Source: Alphaproteobacteria bacterium (GTDB taxonomy: Bacteria; Pseudomonadota; Alphaproteobacteria; MPNO01; UBA830). From it: a stretch of 64,000 bases of DNA. Where the stretch lies: positions 1,536,001 to 1,600,000 of the forward strand of contig OZ251539.1 in NCBI GenBank assembly GCA_965243135.1, written 5' to 3'. The position numbers and the translations under genes were made by a program. Each line of letters starts with the position of its first letter. Position 1 is the stretch's first letter. The notes under the pieces are model-generated. The model had not been told where the DNA came from. It saw only the letters and a program-made list of their open reading frames with translations, and made no database searches. Positions 29,053 through 39,110 of this stretch are shown piece by piece.

Positions 29053-30630
29053 TCAGAGGCGCTCCGCCCCGAAGGCCGTGATTTTGCGGCCGTCCGGGTC
29101 GTATTCCACCGTGATCAGGTGGCCGGCCCCGCGCTCGACGGCGAAGTCCCGCGCGGGCGTGGCGGGATCCTTCGAGCTCGCCCGTTCCACCCCGACCGTT
29201 ATCAATTCGAAGACGGAAACGCGACCGTCGTCGAGACGAACCTCCAAGCCCGCCCAGCTGGGATAATTGTAGTACTCTCCGAGAACTTCCATGTCCTGGG
29301 CGGCGAACCAGGAGAAGAAGACGCTTTCGAAAAAACCGTTCCCGAAATCCTCCTCGGGTTGCCACCGTTCGGGGATCTCGGCGAGGATATTTCGGAACGC
29401 GGTCGCGATTCCGTCGAAATCCTCCTTGGCGAGGAGTTCGTCCAGCGAACCGTTCCGCGCGACGCTGAGCGCCGATTCCGGCAGCATGCCGCTCAACAGG
29501 CGACGGTTCAGATCTTGACGCGCTTCCCGATTCGCGTATCGCAACCCGTAGCTTACGCCCATATCGCGGTCGTCGATCTTCTCCTCGATCTTCATGTACC
29601 CGCCCTGGAAGAGCAGCGACTCGGTGGGCAGATCCCCGACATCGAAGCTCGCCAGGCGGTAGTGGCTGGTGTACTTGGTCTCCAGCTTGAGCGTGTTGGC
29701 GCCGCGTTCCAGCAACGTTTCGACCAGGAACTCCGGCGAGGCGAGCTCTTCGCTCCAGTAGTCCCTGACCTCGCGCTTCCGGAAGGCCGACAGGATCTCG
29801 AACGGGTTGTAGACGACCTCGCCCGTCTCGGCGCCGGACCAGTCGTAGCCGTAGTACCGGCGGCGGATTTCGTCGCGGTCCAGACCCTCGAGTTCCGCCG
29901 CGAAAACGGCGTCGAGTTCCTGTTCCGTGAACCCGCAGCAGCCCGATTGGCGCCAATCAATGGAAACGTCGATGGAGTTGTTGAAGCCGGAGAATATGCC
30001 GGGCCTCGGAAACGCGGTCGGGCCGGCGAAAAGGACGGCCTCGAAGTTTCTGTCGTCGGATTTCGTAACTCCGTACACCGACACCAGCAGGTCGCGATTG
30101 ATCGCCGCCACCTCCGGTTCGCCGATGGCGTCCTGGATCGGCTTGGTGTGTCCGTCGACGAGGAAGACCACGCGCTTGCCGGTGCTTTCGCGCATTTCGG
30201 AGATGATGCGGGCGAAGCGGAAGCGCGGCGTATCGAAGTTCATTTCGATGCCGAGGAGATCTTCGTAATGGATGAGCTGAATCACCAGGTCTTCGCGCAC
30301 CCACTCCGGATCGGTGTAGTCGCCGGTGTCGAAAACCAGCCGCACGACGGGATGGCGAACCGACCAGTCCCAATGATCGTGGATATCCAGACCCCGGAAC
30401 AGCGGCTCGTTGCCTTCGTACAGTTCCTTCAGCATGTCCACGAACAGGCTCTTGCCGAATCCGCGCGGGCGGAACAGCATGAAATTCTTTCCGCCCCGCT
30501 CCATCAGCGTCCGGGCGTGCATGGTCTTGTCGACGTAATAATAACCGCCCTCGCGAATTTCGCGAAAGGAGTTGACGCCGATGGGTAGCTTGAGTTTGGT
30601 CATTTCGCCCTGCCGATACGTGATTTTCAT
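29053..30630 (-). CDS. Divergent AAA-ATPase-like protein with eroded Walker B and nuclease motifs, copy A (alternative start 30603)
   Basis: LPIGVNSFREIR, YYVDKT, FRPRGFGKS, VYNPF retained; DEYDKP reads DGHTKP; nuclease segment reads WAGLEV...FELIT. Confidence 0.88.
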   Translation of the reverse strand: MKITYRQGEMTKLKLPIGVNSFREIREGGYYYVDKTMHARTLMERGGKNFMLFRPRGFGKSLFVDMLKELYEGNEPLFRGLDIHDHWDWSVRHPVVRLVFDTGDYTDPEWVREDLVIQLIHYEDLLGIEMNFDTPRFRFARIISEMRESTGKRVVFLVDGHTKPIQDAIGEPEVAAINRDLLVSVYGVTKSDDRNFEAVLFAGPTAFPRPGIFSGFNNSIDVSIDWRQSGCCGFTEQELDAVFAAELEGLDRDEIRRRYYGYDWSGAETGEVVYNPFEILSAFRKREVRDYWSEELASPEFLVETLLERGANTLKLETKYTSHYRLASFDVGDLPTESLLFQGGYMKIEEKIDDRDMGVSYGLRYANREARQDLNRRLLSGMLPESALSVARNGSLDELLAKEDFDGIATAFRNILAEIPERWQPEEDFGNGFFESVFFSWFAAQDMEVLGEYYNYPSWAGLEVRLDDGRVSVFELITVGVERASSKDPATPARDFAVERGAGHLITVEYDPDGRKITAFGAERL

Positions 30631-30641
30631 TTGACGATACC

Positions 30642-30671
30642 ATCATTTGGCGCTGAACGTTCGAATGTCAA
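30642..30671 (-). promoter_or_regulatory. Putative sigma70 promoter of copy A
   Basis: TTGACA-18 bp-AATGAT on the minus strand; same boxes at 32791..32820. Confidence 0.45.
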
Positions 30672-31192
30672 GCGAATCGTTCGCGCCCCAGGGCGAATCC
30701 AAGAATGGCGCGGTCATTGCCAAGCGCTGCCCGCGAGGAAGCGATGGCACCGCGCGGATGGCGGGAGACGGCGGTGCGAGAGGCGAGGGGCCACCCGGTC
30801 GGACGTCAGAAGACCTCCGTGGTCAGCTCTCGAACGGCCCTGGCGCGGGTCGTAGTGCCGGTGTGCCTGCGGCAGGTCCGCGCAACCGAACGATGGAGGC
30901 GTTGCAGGCCAGAGCACGGGCGCTGCTGCCGACATGATTGCCGCGGCGCTCCTCGTCGTAAGTCTTGTCGCGAACATGCCTGTTTTCCCGGTGACGGCGA
31001 GCGAGAATCTCGGCAGGTTCTCCGCGGCGGGACGGAAGTCACTCCGTCACCAGGAAATTCGGGATGAATACTGTTAGTGGCGTACAGCATCAAATTGCGG
31101 GGGACCCGCAGGGCGAACTCTCCCGGCAAGTCCGGGCGTTCGCTTTTCCTGAACGGCGGCGCTGCCGCCCGGCGCGACCGCAGCCGAGGTCT

Positions 31193-32779
31193 TCAGGCCG
31201 GACGGAGGCGCTCCGCCCCGAAGGCCGTGATCTTGCGGCCCGTCGGGTCGTATTCCACCGTGATCAGGTGGCCGGCCCCGCGCTCGACGGCGAAGTCCCG
31301 CGCAGGCGTGCCGGGCTCCTTCGGGTTCGCCCGTTCCACCCCGACCGTTATCAATTCGAAGACGGAAACGCGACCGTCGTCGAGACGAACCTCCAGGCCC
31401 GCCCAGCTGGGATAATTGTAGTACTCTCCGAGAACTTCCATGTCCTGGGCGGCGAACCAGGAGAAGAAGACGCTTTCGAAAAAACCGTTCCCGAAATCCT
31501 CCTCGGGTTGCCACCGTTCGGGGATCTCGGCGAGGATATTCCGGAACGCGGTCGCGATTCCGTCGAAATCGTCCTTGGCGAGGAGTTCGTCCAGCGAACC
31601 GTTCCGCGCGGCGCTGAGCGCCGATTCCGGCAACATGCCGCTCAACAGGCGACGGTTCAGATCCTGACGCGCTTCCCGATTCGCGTACCGCAACCCGTAG
31701 CTTACGCCCATATCGCGGTCGTTGGTCTTCTCCTCGATCTTCATGTATCCGCCCTGGAAGAGCAGCGCCTCGGTGGGCAGGTCTCCGACATCGAAGCTCG
31801 TCAGGCGGTAGTGGCTGGTGTACTTGGCCTCCAGCTTGAGCGTGTTGGCGCCGCGTTCCAGCAACGTTTCGACCAGGAATTCCGGCGAGGCGAGCTCTTC
31901 GCTCCAGTAGTCCCTGACCTCGCGCTTCCGGAAGGCCGACAGGATTTCGAACGGGTTGTAGACGACCTCGCCCGTCTCGGCGCCGGACCAGTCGTAGCCG
32001 TAGTACCGACGGCGGATTTCGTCGCGGTCCAGACCCTCGAGTTCCGCCGCGAAAACGGCGTCGAGTTCCTGTTCCGTGAACCCGCAGCAGCCCGATTGGC
32101 GCCAATCAATGGAAACGTCGATGGAGTTGTTGAAGCCGGAGAATATGCCGGGCCTCGGGAACGCGGTCGGGCCGGCGAAAAGGACGGTCTCGAAGTCCCC
32201 GTCGTCGGATTTCGTAACTCCGTACACCGACACCAGCAGGTCGCGATTGATCGCCGCCGCCTCCGGTTCGCCGATGGCGTCCTGGATCGGCTTGGTGTGT
32301 CCGTCGACGAGGAAGACCACGCGCTTGCCGGTGCTTTCGCGCATTTCGGAGATGATGCGGCTGAAGCGGAAGCACGGCTCATCGAAGTTCATTTCGATGC
32401 CGAGGAGATCTTCGTAATGGATGAGCTGGAGCACCAGGTCTTCGCGCAGCCACTCCGGATCGGTGTAGTCGCCGGTGTCGAAAACCAGCCGCACGACGGG
32501 ATGGCGAACCGACCAGTCCCAATGATCGTGGATATCCAGACCCCGGAACAGCGGCTCGTTGCCTTCGTACAGTTCCTTCAGCATGTCCACGAACAGGCTC
32601 TTGCCGAATCCGCGCGGGCGGAACAGCATGAAATTCCATCCGCCCCGCTCCATCATCGTCCGGGCGTGCATGGTCTTGTCGACGTAATAATAACCGCCCT
32701 CGCGAATTTCGCGAAAGGAGTTGACGCCGATGGGTAGCTTGAGTTTGGTCATTCCGCCCTGCCGATGCGTGATTTTCAC
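31193..32779 (-). CDS. Divergent AAA-ATPase-like protein, copy B (alternative start 32752)
   Basis: About 25 aa differences from copy A by eye; a 5-nt indel at the stop adds RPA. Confidence 0.88.
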   Translation of the reverse strand: MKITHRQGGMTKLKLPIGVNSFREIREGGYYYVDKTMHARTMMERGGWNFMLFRPRGFGKSLFVDMLKELYEGNEPLFRGLDIHDHWDWSVRHPVVRLVFDTGDYTDPEWLREDLVLQLIHYEDLLGIEMNFDEPCFRFSRIISEMRESTGKRVVFLVDGHTKPIQDAIGEPEAAAINRDLLVSVYGVTKSDDGDFETVLFAGPTAFPRPGIFSGFNNSIDVSIDWRQSGCCGFTEQELDAVFAAELEGLDRDEIRRRYYGYDWSGAETGEVVYNPFEILSAFRKREVRDYWSEELASPEFLVETLLERGANTLKLEAKYTSHYRLTSFDVGDLPTEALLFQGGYMKIEEKTNDRDMGVSYGLRYANREARQDLNRRLLSGMLPESALSAARNGSLDELLAKDDFDGIATAFRNILAEIPERWQPEEDFGNGFFESVFFSWFAAQDMEVLGEYYNYPSWAGLEVRLDDGRVSVFELITVGVERANPKEPGTPARDFAVERGAGHLITVEYDPTGRKITAFGAERLRPA

Positions 32780-32790
32780 TTTACGATACC

Positions 32791-32820
32791 ATCATTTGGC
32801 GCTGAACGTTCGAGTGTCAA
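32791..32820 (-). promoter_or_regulatory. Putative sigma70 promoter of copy B
   Basis: TTGACA-18 bp-AATGAT on the minus strand. Confidence 0.45.
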
Positions 32821-33015
32821 GCGAATCTTTTGCGCTGCGCGATTTTTCCCGGCCGCCTGCGGACAGGGTCGCGCCGCCCGTCCTGCCGATGTCCGGCCGC
32901 GCGCGCCGCCGCGAGGCTGCCCGGCGGGAGCCGCCGCCGTGACCGGACGCGCGAACTGACTTATGGTGCGACGCGGCGCCGGCCCGGCGCCGGTAACGCG
33001 AGCCGGGAGAAGCCG

Positions 33016-34545
33016 TTGCGTTCGCCGAACATAGTTCTGATCACTTCCGACCAGCATCGCTGGGACTGTTTCGGTTTCGAGGGCCGCAGGATCAGGACGC
33101 CCTGCCTCGACCGCATAGCCGCCCGGGGCGTCCGCTTTTCGGCGGCGATCACGCCGAACCTGGTTTGCCAGCCCGCCCGCGCCTCCATTCTCACCGGCCT
33201 TCTGCCGCTCACCCACGGCGCTTACGACAACCACGTCAGTCTCGACCCGGCCGTCGCCCGGACCGGTTGGGCGCGCCGCCTCTCGGACGCGGGCTACCGT
33301 AGCCATTTCGTCGGAAAGGCCCATTTCGGGGAAGATCCGGCGGCGACGCCGTTCGGCGCGCCCGAAAGCCGGAAGGGGTCGGCCGCGTTTCCCGAGGACT
33401 GGTCCGGTCCCTACATGGGCTTCGACACGGTCGAACTCATGATTCTCGGGCACTGGCACGATCTTCTCCCCTGCGAAAAGCCGCCGCGCGGCCAGCATTT
33501 CGAGCGATGGTTCTGGACGCGCGGCGGGGAGGGCGAGGCGTGGAGGTTGTGGGCCGAGGATTTCGGACCGGCGCCGGCCGCCGCCCAGACCTGGTTCTCC
33601 AGGCTTCCCGCCCTGTGGCATTCGACCTCCTGGGTCACGGACCGAACGCTCGCCTTCCTCGATTCGCAGACCGGCGAAACCCCGTTCTGCCTGTGGACGT
33701 CCTATCCGGACCCGCATCATCCCTTCGATTGCCCCGAGCCGTGGAGCCGCCTCCATCGCGCCGAGGAGGTCGATATCTCCCGGACGCACGAGCGCGACCT
33801 CGACCGGCGCCCCTGGTGGCACCGCGAGTCGCTGGAGCGGGAGCCGCTGGGCAAGACCGAACATGCGCGCGTCTTGCGCCGGGAATACAGCCGCATAGAA
33901 CCTCAGACGGATCGCCAGCTCGCGGAGATGACCGCCAACTACTACGGCCAAATCTCGTTCATCGACGACGGCGTCGGACGGATTCTCCAGCGCCTCGACG
34001 CGTTGGGGCTGAGCGAGAACACGCTGGTGGTCTTCACGACCGACCACGGCGACCTGCTCGGAGACCACGGTCTGTACCTCAAGGGGCCGACCTCCTACGA
34101 AGGGCTGCTTCGCGTCGGGCTGATCGCCATCGGTCCGGGCATACTCGAAAACGGCGTGATCGCCGAGCCGGTTTCGACCCTCGATCTGGCCGCGACCTTC
34201 TACGACTACGCGGGCGTGGAACGGCCCGAAAACGTCCAGAGCCGGTCGCTTCGCCCGTTGATCGAGGGCGCGGGCAGTAGGGACGCGGCGTACGGCGAGT
34301 GGAACCTGCATCCCAGCCGCACCGGCGTCGAACTTCAGCTCAGGATGGTGCGGACCGCTTCCGCGAAGCTGACGCTGGACCTGATTTCGGGAGTCGGCGA
34401 ACTGTACGACCTGGCGAACGACCCCGACGAGATGGACAATCTGTACGACGACCCGGCGGGGGCGGCCCTCCGCCGCGACCTGACCGATTTGATCCGCGAG
34501 CGTCCGGGCGCCCTCCTGACGAAGTTCGCGGAGCACGAGGAATGA
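33016..34545 (+). CDS. Sulfatase-family hydrolase (formylglycine type)
   Basis: PNIVLITSDQHR, CQPARASILTG (CxPxR), VGKAH, PHHPF, TTDHGD, ELYDL..DP.E; TTG start after GGGAG. Confidence 0.92.
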   Translation: MRSPNIVLITSDQHRWDCFGFEGRRIRTPCLDRIAARGVRFSAAITPNLVCQPARASILTGLLPLTHGAYDNHVSLDPAVARTGWARRLSDAGYRSHFVGKAHFGEDPAATPFGAPESRKGSAAFPEDWSGPYMGFDTVELMILGHWHDLLPCEKPPRGQHFERWFWTRGGEGEAWRLWAEDFGPAPAAAQTWFSRLPALWHSTSWVTDRTLAFLDSQTGETPFCLWTSYPDPHHPFDCPEPWSRLHRAEEVDISRTHERDLDRRPWWHRESLEREPLGKTEHARVLRREYSRIEPQTDRQLAEMTANYYGQISFIDDGVGRILQRLDALGLSENTLVVFTTDHGDLLGDHGLYLKGPTSYEGLLRVGLIAIGPGILENGVIAEPVSTLDLAATFYDYAGVERPENVQSRSLRPLIEGAGSRDAAYGEWNLHPSRTGVELQLRMVRTASAKLTLDLISGVGELYDLANDPDEMDNLYDDPAGAALRRDLTDLIRERPGALLTKFAEHEE

Positions 34546-34636
34546 CCGTCCTCCGCGCGGCGGCGCCGGTCAGGCGAGGCTTGCGCTTGAGGAGTCCCCG
34601 GAAACCCGTCGGCGACTCGTTCCGGCGCCCGGCTGC

Positions 34637-36229
34637 CTACCTCTGCGGGCCGGCGGGCCGCGAGGTCTTGCGGGGGCGCGCGTAGAATACCGTCACCAGC
34701 GCTGCGAGAACGATGAAGCCGGTCGAAATCGGACTCGAAAACAGAAACCACGGATCGCCGCCGGTGGCGGAGAAGGCCTGCCGTACCGCCTGTTCCAGAT
34801 TGTTGGCGAGGATGAAGGCGATCACGAAGGGCAGCACCGAAATCTCGAACTTTCTCATCATGTAGCCGACGAATCCGAACGCGAGCGTGATGTAGACGGT
34901 TTCCATTTCCGGGCGCTGGGCGTAGAGCGCGGTCAGCGTCAGGAGCAGGACGGCGGGCAGCAGGCGCTGCTTCGGAATGCGGACCATGACGCCCATGCCG
35001 CGCATGAACGCGCCGCCGATCGTCCAGTTGAGGAAGTTGGCGAACGCCATGGTCGTGAACAGCCCGAAAGCGATCACCATTTCGGGATTGACCTGTCCCG
35101 GCGTCAGCCGGAACACGGCCGGGCCGGGATTGAAGCCGCTGATGGTTTCGGTTGCGAGGATGATGAACACGGCGGCGACGTTGCCTGGAATGCCGAGGGA
35201 GAGAACGGGTATCAGGTTGGCCCCGGAGACCGCGCTGTTCGCCGCCTCCGTTGCCGCCACGCCTTCGGGCGCGCCGCTGCCGAACGGGCGCTCGCCCTTG
35301 TGAACTTTGCGGCCGCTGGCGTAGCCCAAAGTCGCTGCGAGAGTGGAGCCGATGCCGGGCAGGGCGCCGATCATGGTGCCGATGGAGGCGGAAAGGCCGA
35401 TGAAGGGAGCGATGCGCCGGAGGTCGCCCGGCCGCAGTCGGTCGGTGCCCCTGGTTCGCGGCGCGGAAATCCCCGCCGCGGCGCGCGTTTCTCGCCACAT
35501 TTTTTCGAGCGCGTCGAACACTTCCCCGATGATCAGGACGCCCAGCACGACGCTGGTGATCGGCAGGCCGCTCGCGAGGGCGTCGATGTCCAGCGAAAGG
35601 CGCGAATGACTGTCTTCTCCCGTGCCGATGGACGCGACGAACATGCCGAGAAACGCTGAAAGCAGGCCTTTCCAGACCGAACTGCCCACGACGGCCGAAA
35701 CGAATGCGAGCGAAAGGAGAATCAACGCCGCCTTTTCCGGGAAATCGAGAAAGGACTCGACGGCGATCGCCAGAAAGGGAGCGCAGGTGAACAGGACGAT
35801 GTCGGAGAAGGTGTCTCCCGACGCCGACGAAAAATGCGCCACCCTGAGCGCCCTGCCGGGTTCTCCGTTGCGGGTCATCGGATAGCCGTCGAAGGTGGTC
35901 AATAGCGAATCGGGCGTGCCGGGGGTGTTGAACAGGATCGCCGGAACCGCGCCGCCCACGGTAGCGCCCTTCATGACGCCGATCAGAAAGCCGAGAACCG
36001 GAAGCAGCGCATCGGGGTTGAATCCGAATATAGTGATCAGGATCGGAAGCGAAATCGCCATGACGAACGGCCCGCCGAGCCCGGGCGTGGCGCCGACCAC
36101 GATCCCGCCGAGGAACCCGAGCGACACCATGACGATGGTGATGGAAATCGGAATGCCGAACGGAGCGGCGATCGGAGAGGCGGTGAACGCGGCGATCACG
36201 CCCAGCCAGATGTGATCGACGATGCCCAA
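34637..36229 (-). CDS. tctA: Tripartite tricarboxylate transporter TctA
   Basis: GATPGLG, NTPGTP, DGYPM, EAANSAVSGANLIP, GIPG. Confidence 0.9.
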   Translation of the reverse strand: MGIVDHIWLGVIAAFTASPIAAPFGIPISITIVMVSLGFLGGIVVGATPGLGGPFVMAISLPILITIFGFNPDALLPVLGFLIGVMKGATVGGAVPAILFNTPGTPDSLLTTFDGYPMTRNGEPGRALRVAHFSSASGDTFSDIVLFTCAPFLAIAVESFLDFPEKAALILLSLAFVSAVVGSSVWKGLLSAFLGMFVASIGTGEDSHSRLSLDIDALASGLPITSVVLGVLIIGEVFDALEKMWRETRAAAGISAPRTRGTDRLRPGDLRRIAPFIGLSASIGTMIGALPGIGSTLAATLGYASGRKVHKGERPFGSGAPEGVAATEAANSAVSGANLIPVLSLGIPGNVAAVFIILATETISGFNPGPAVFRLTPGQVNPEMVIAFGLFTTMAFANFLNWTIGGAFMRGMGVMVRIPKQRLLPAVLLLTLTALYAQRPEMETVYITLAFGFVGYMMRKFEISVLPFVIAFILANNLEQAVRQAFSATGGDPWFLFSSPISTGFIVLAALVTVFYARPRKTSRPAGPQR

Positions 36230-36799
36230 TTATTGATCTCCGTTGGGCGGCAGGAGCAAATCGTCGAACGGCAGGTCGTACAGAAACGTCAGCGCGACAA
36301 CCGTCCCGACCGCCGTCGCCGCGGCGGTCTTCGAGAACTTCCGTTCGACGACGGCGACCGCGCCGCCCACCATGACCGATCCGCCGACAAGGTAGCCGAG
36401 ATACTTCCATGGAGCTGTGTCGCGAAGCTGCCTGTAACTGCCGACATCGCCGCCCAGCGCGTTGACGGCGTCGACGGCAAGCGGGCCGGTATGGACCATC
36501 AGGACAAGGCCGGCGCAAACGGCGACGCCCATTTGAGCGACGAACGCGGCGGCGCCTCGGTCGAGAGCCGTCGACTTCGCGCGCGGCCGCAGGAACTCCA
36601 GGCAACCGAGCAGGACTGCGGAGACGAGCATGCCGACGGCTGCCGCGGTGGGCGCCATGGCGTCGCCGATGATCGTTCGGCGGCGGTGGGTCTCGACGAT
36701 TCCGCTTTCGATGTCGGCCGGAATCCACGCTCCGAGCGCCGCCAGGGAGAGCAGGGCGAAGATCCCCGCAAGCCCGAACGTCCAGGGATCACCGCGCAC
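36230..36799 (-). CDS. tctB: TctB-like small membrane protein
   Basis: Multiple TM segments, ends FDDLLLPP; abuts the tctA start. Confidence 0.7.
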   Translation of the reverse strand: MRGDPWTFGLAGIFALLSLAALGAWIPADIESGIVETHRRRTIIGDAMAPTAAAVGMLVSAVLLGCLEFLRPRAKSTALDRGAAAFVAQMGVAVCAGLVLMVHTGPLAVDAVNALGGDVGSYRQLRDTAPWKYLGYLVGGSVMVGGAVAVVERKFSKTAAATAVGTVVALTFLYDLPFDDLLLPPNGDQ

Positions 36800-37559
36800 G
36801 CGGCCGCTTCCCGTGCGGGCGAACCGGCCGACGGCGAAATCCGCGCGCTTCCGGGTCGTGGAAGCTTTTGTCCGACCCCGGGGAGCCTGGTCTGCCTGCG
36901 GCCGGTTTCCGGTCTTTCCCGCCGCGAATCATGCGCGAAGCAGGACTTCCGCGGTTCGGTCGCCGTTCCGCTCCGCGTTCGCGGCGCGATGAGGATTTTC
37001 TGCGGCGGTAGCGCGTCCATCGACAGGCGCCGCGCGGCAACCCTCGGCGTGGGAGGCAAGGGTTTTCCCGGTAAAGAGGGCCGCCCGGAGCGGGACGCGG
37101 TCTCTCCCTCCGGGACGCCGGCTCCGCGAGCGTTCCACGTTCCGCAGCAAGAGGCCGCGCGCCGGAAACAGTTTCCGCGATGGCGCCGCCGAATTCCAAC
37201 GCCTGCCTCCTTGTCCTGTTTCGGTCCGAAGATAGTTGCCTGCTTCTCCGACAAACCCCGAAGAGGACGAACGACGACTTCGGCGCAGCGTAGGGATGGG
37301 GTGCACGCGAGTCAACGTGGCGGGCGCTTTCCGGGAGGAAGATCTTGGCCGCCCTTGACGTCTCGAAACGGCTTTCAGGGCGCAATGCGTCGCTGAAAAC
37401 CGTCTTCTTCCGGCGAGCGCGAACGTCGGCAGCCGCTGTCGTCCTGGCGGCAACGGCGCCTTGGCGAACACGCCAGCCTTCCTGCGGTCGGGCGGAGCGA
37501 ACGGCGGGAGGCGACCGCGTGGCGGCCGACAAAGGATGGCACGGCGTAAACGTTTCCTT

Positions 37560-37588
37560 TTGACAACTCCGGTACGGTGGCCTACTCT
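37560..37588 (+). promoter_or_regulatory. Putative sigma70 promoter, leaderless geometry, AAA-nuclease copy 3
   Basis: TTGACA-17 bp-TACTCT-6 bp-ATG. Confidence 0.7.
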
Positions 37589-37594
37589 GCCCGA

Positions 37595-39110
37595 ATGGCG
37601 AGACGCATGCTTCCGACCGGTTTTTCCTCTCTCCGGGAGATCCGGAGGATGGACTGCTACTACGTCGACAAGACGGACCATGTGCGCCGCCTCGTCGAAG
37701 GGGGCGATTACTATTTCCTGTCGCGCCCGCGCCGGTTCGGCAAGACCCTGCTGGTGGACACGCTGCAGGAGTTGTTCGAGGGGAGCGAGGAGCTGTTCCG
37801 GGGCCTCGCCGTGCACGGCAAGTGGGACTGGTCGACGCGCCATCCCGTCGTGCGGATCAGCTTCGGCGGGGGCAATTTCGACTCTCCGGACCTCGTTCGG
37901 GGAAACGTGGAAGACCAGTTGGAGGAGACGGAACGGCTGGCCGGCCTCGAACCGGGCCCCGCCGGGGCGGCGGTCCGTTTCCGGCACCTGATAAGGACGC
38001 TGCACGAGCGCACCGGGCAGCGGGCGGTCGTTCTGGTGGACGAACAAGCCGATCCTGGACGCGCTCGGCGACCGGGAGCTTGCGCGGGCCAACCGCGACT
38101 TCCTGCGCAGCCTGTACGGGGTGATCAAGGCTTGCGACGAACAGCTCCGTTTCGTTTTCCTGACGGGAGTGAGCAAGTTCTCGCGGGCGGGCCTGTTCTC
38201 GGGCCTGAACAACCTGCGCGACATCACCCTAGATCCGCGTTTCGGTACCCTTTGCGGTTACACGGACGAAGAACTGGATGCGGTCTTCGCCCCGGAACTC
38301 GAGGGCCTGGACCGGGGCGAGGTCCGCCGCTGGTACAACGGCTACAACTGGCGCGGGCCGGAGAAGGTCTACAACCCGTTCGACATCCTCCTTCTCTTCG
38401 AAACGCGCGAGTTCGAAGCGCACTGGTTCCGGACCGGCACGCCGACCTTCCTCGCCGACCTTCTGTCGCGGCGACGGTTCGCGCCGCCGGCCCTCGAGGA
38501 CCTGGTTGCGGACGACGATCTGCTGTCGGCCGTCGACCGCATTCCCGTCGAGGCGCTTCTGTTTCAGACCGGCTACCTGACCATCGTCGGCGAGGAGCGG
38601 GACGAGGACACGCGCCTCTACCAGCTGGACTACCCGAACCGGGAGGTGAAGCGCAGCCTGAACGCGCTTCTGCTGCAGACAATGGCGCCGGGCGTCACGG
38701 TCGCGGCGGAGAGCCGGGAACTGCGCCGCCTGATGCGCGCGAACGACTTCGCGGGCCTCGAGAATCTGTTCCGGGCGTTCCTGGCGAGCATTCCGAACGA
38801 GTGGTACGCGAACACGGGCATGGCGGGGGCGCACTACGCGAGCGTGTTCTACTCGCACTTCGTGGCGGCGGGGATGGACGTCCGCGCCGAGGAAAGCACC
38901 GCGCGCGGCCGCTCGGACCTGACGGTCCTGTACGACGGCGGCGTCTACCTGTTCGAGTTCAAGGTCGCGGACGGGAAGCCGGAAGGGCGTGCGCTGGCGC
39001 AGATTCGGGAGCGCGGCTACGCGGACAAGTACCGGCGTCCGGGCGTGCCGGTCCACCTGATCGAATTCGGCCGGGAGGAGCGCAACATCGTCGGGTTCGA
39101 GACCGTCTGA
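37595..39110 (+). pseudogene. AAA/PD-(D/E)XK gene, frameshifted in Walker B (copy 3)
   Basis: Homologous to 6591..8141; GACGAATACGACAA becomes GACGAACAA (5-nt deletion at about 38045); downstream frame continues to ...GFETV*. Confidence 0.88.

Larger units (their letters stand above)
28963..30678 (-). repeat. Direct repeat unit A (~1.72 kb: promoter + degenerate AAA gene + trailer)
   Basis: Aligns with 31112..32827 at offset 2149; unique spacer 30679..31111. Confidence 0.92.
31112..32827 (-). repeat. Direct repeat unit B
   Basis: Near-identical to 28963..30678, including non-coding ends. Confidence 0.92.

Noticed and set aside
31071-31087. LexA/SOS box CTGT...ACAG
   Set aside because: Spacing is 9 rather than 8 nt, and this motif type is not the alphaproteobacterial LexA box.
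36800-37555. Hidden gene in the 750-bp gap upstream of AAA copy 3
   Set aside because: Only R/P/A-rich motif-less ORFs; the 13-mer AGCGCGAACGTCG shared with the copy 1 upstream region is too short to interpret.
26418-39110. Diversity-generating retroelement (fragment as template repeat, gene 3' ends as variable repeats)
   Set aside because: No reverse transcriptase in the window; differences involve all bases and indels rather than adenine-specific substitutions.
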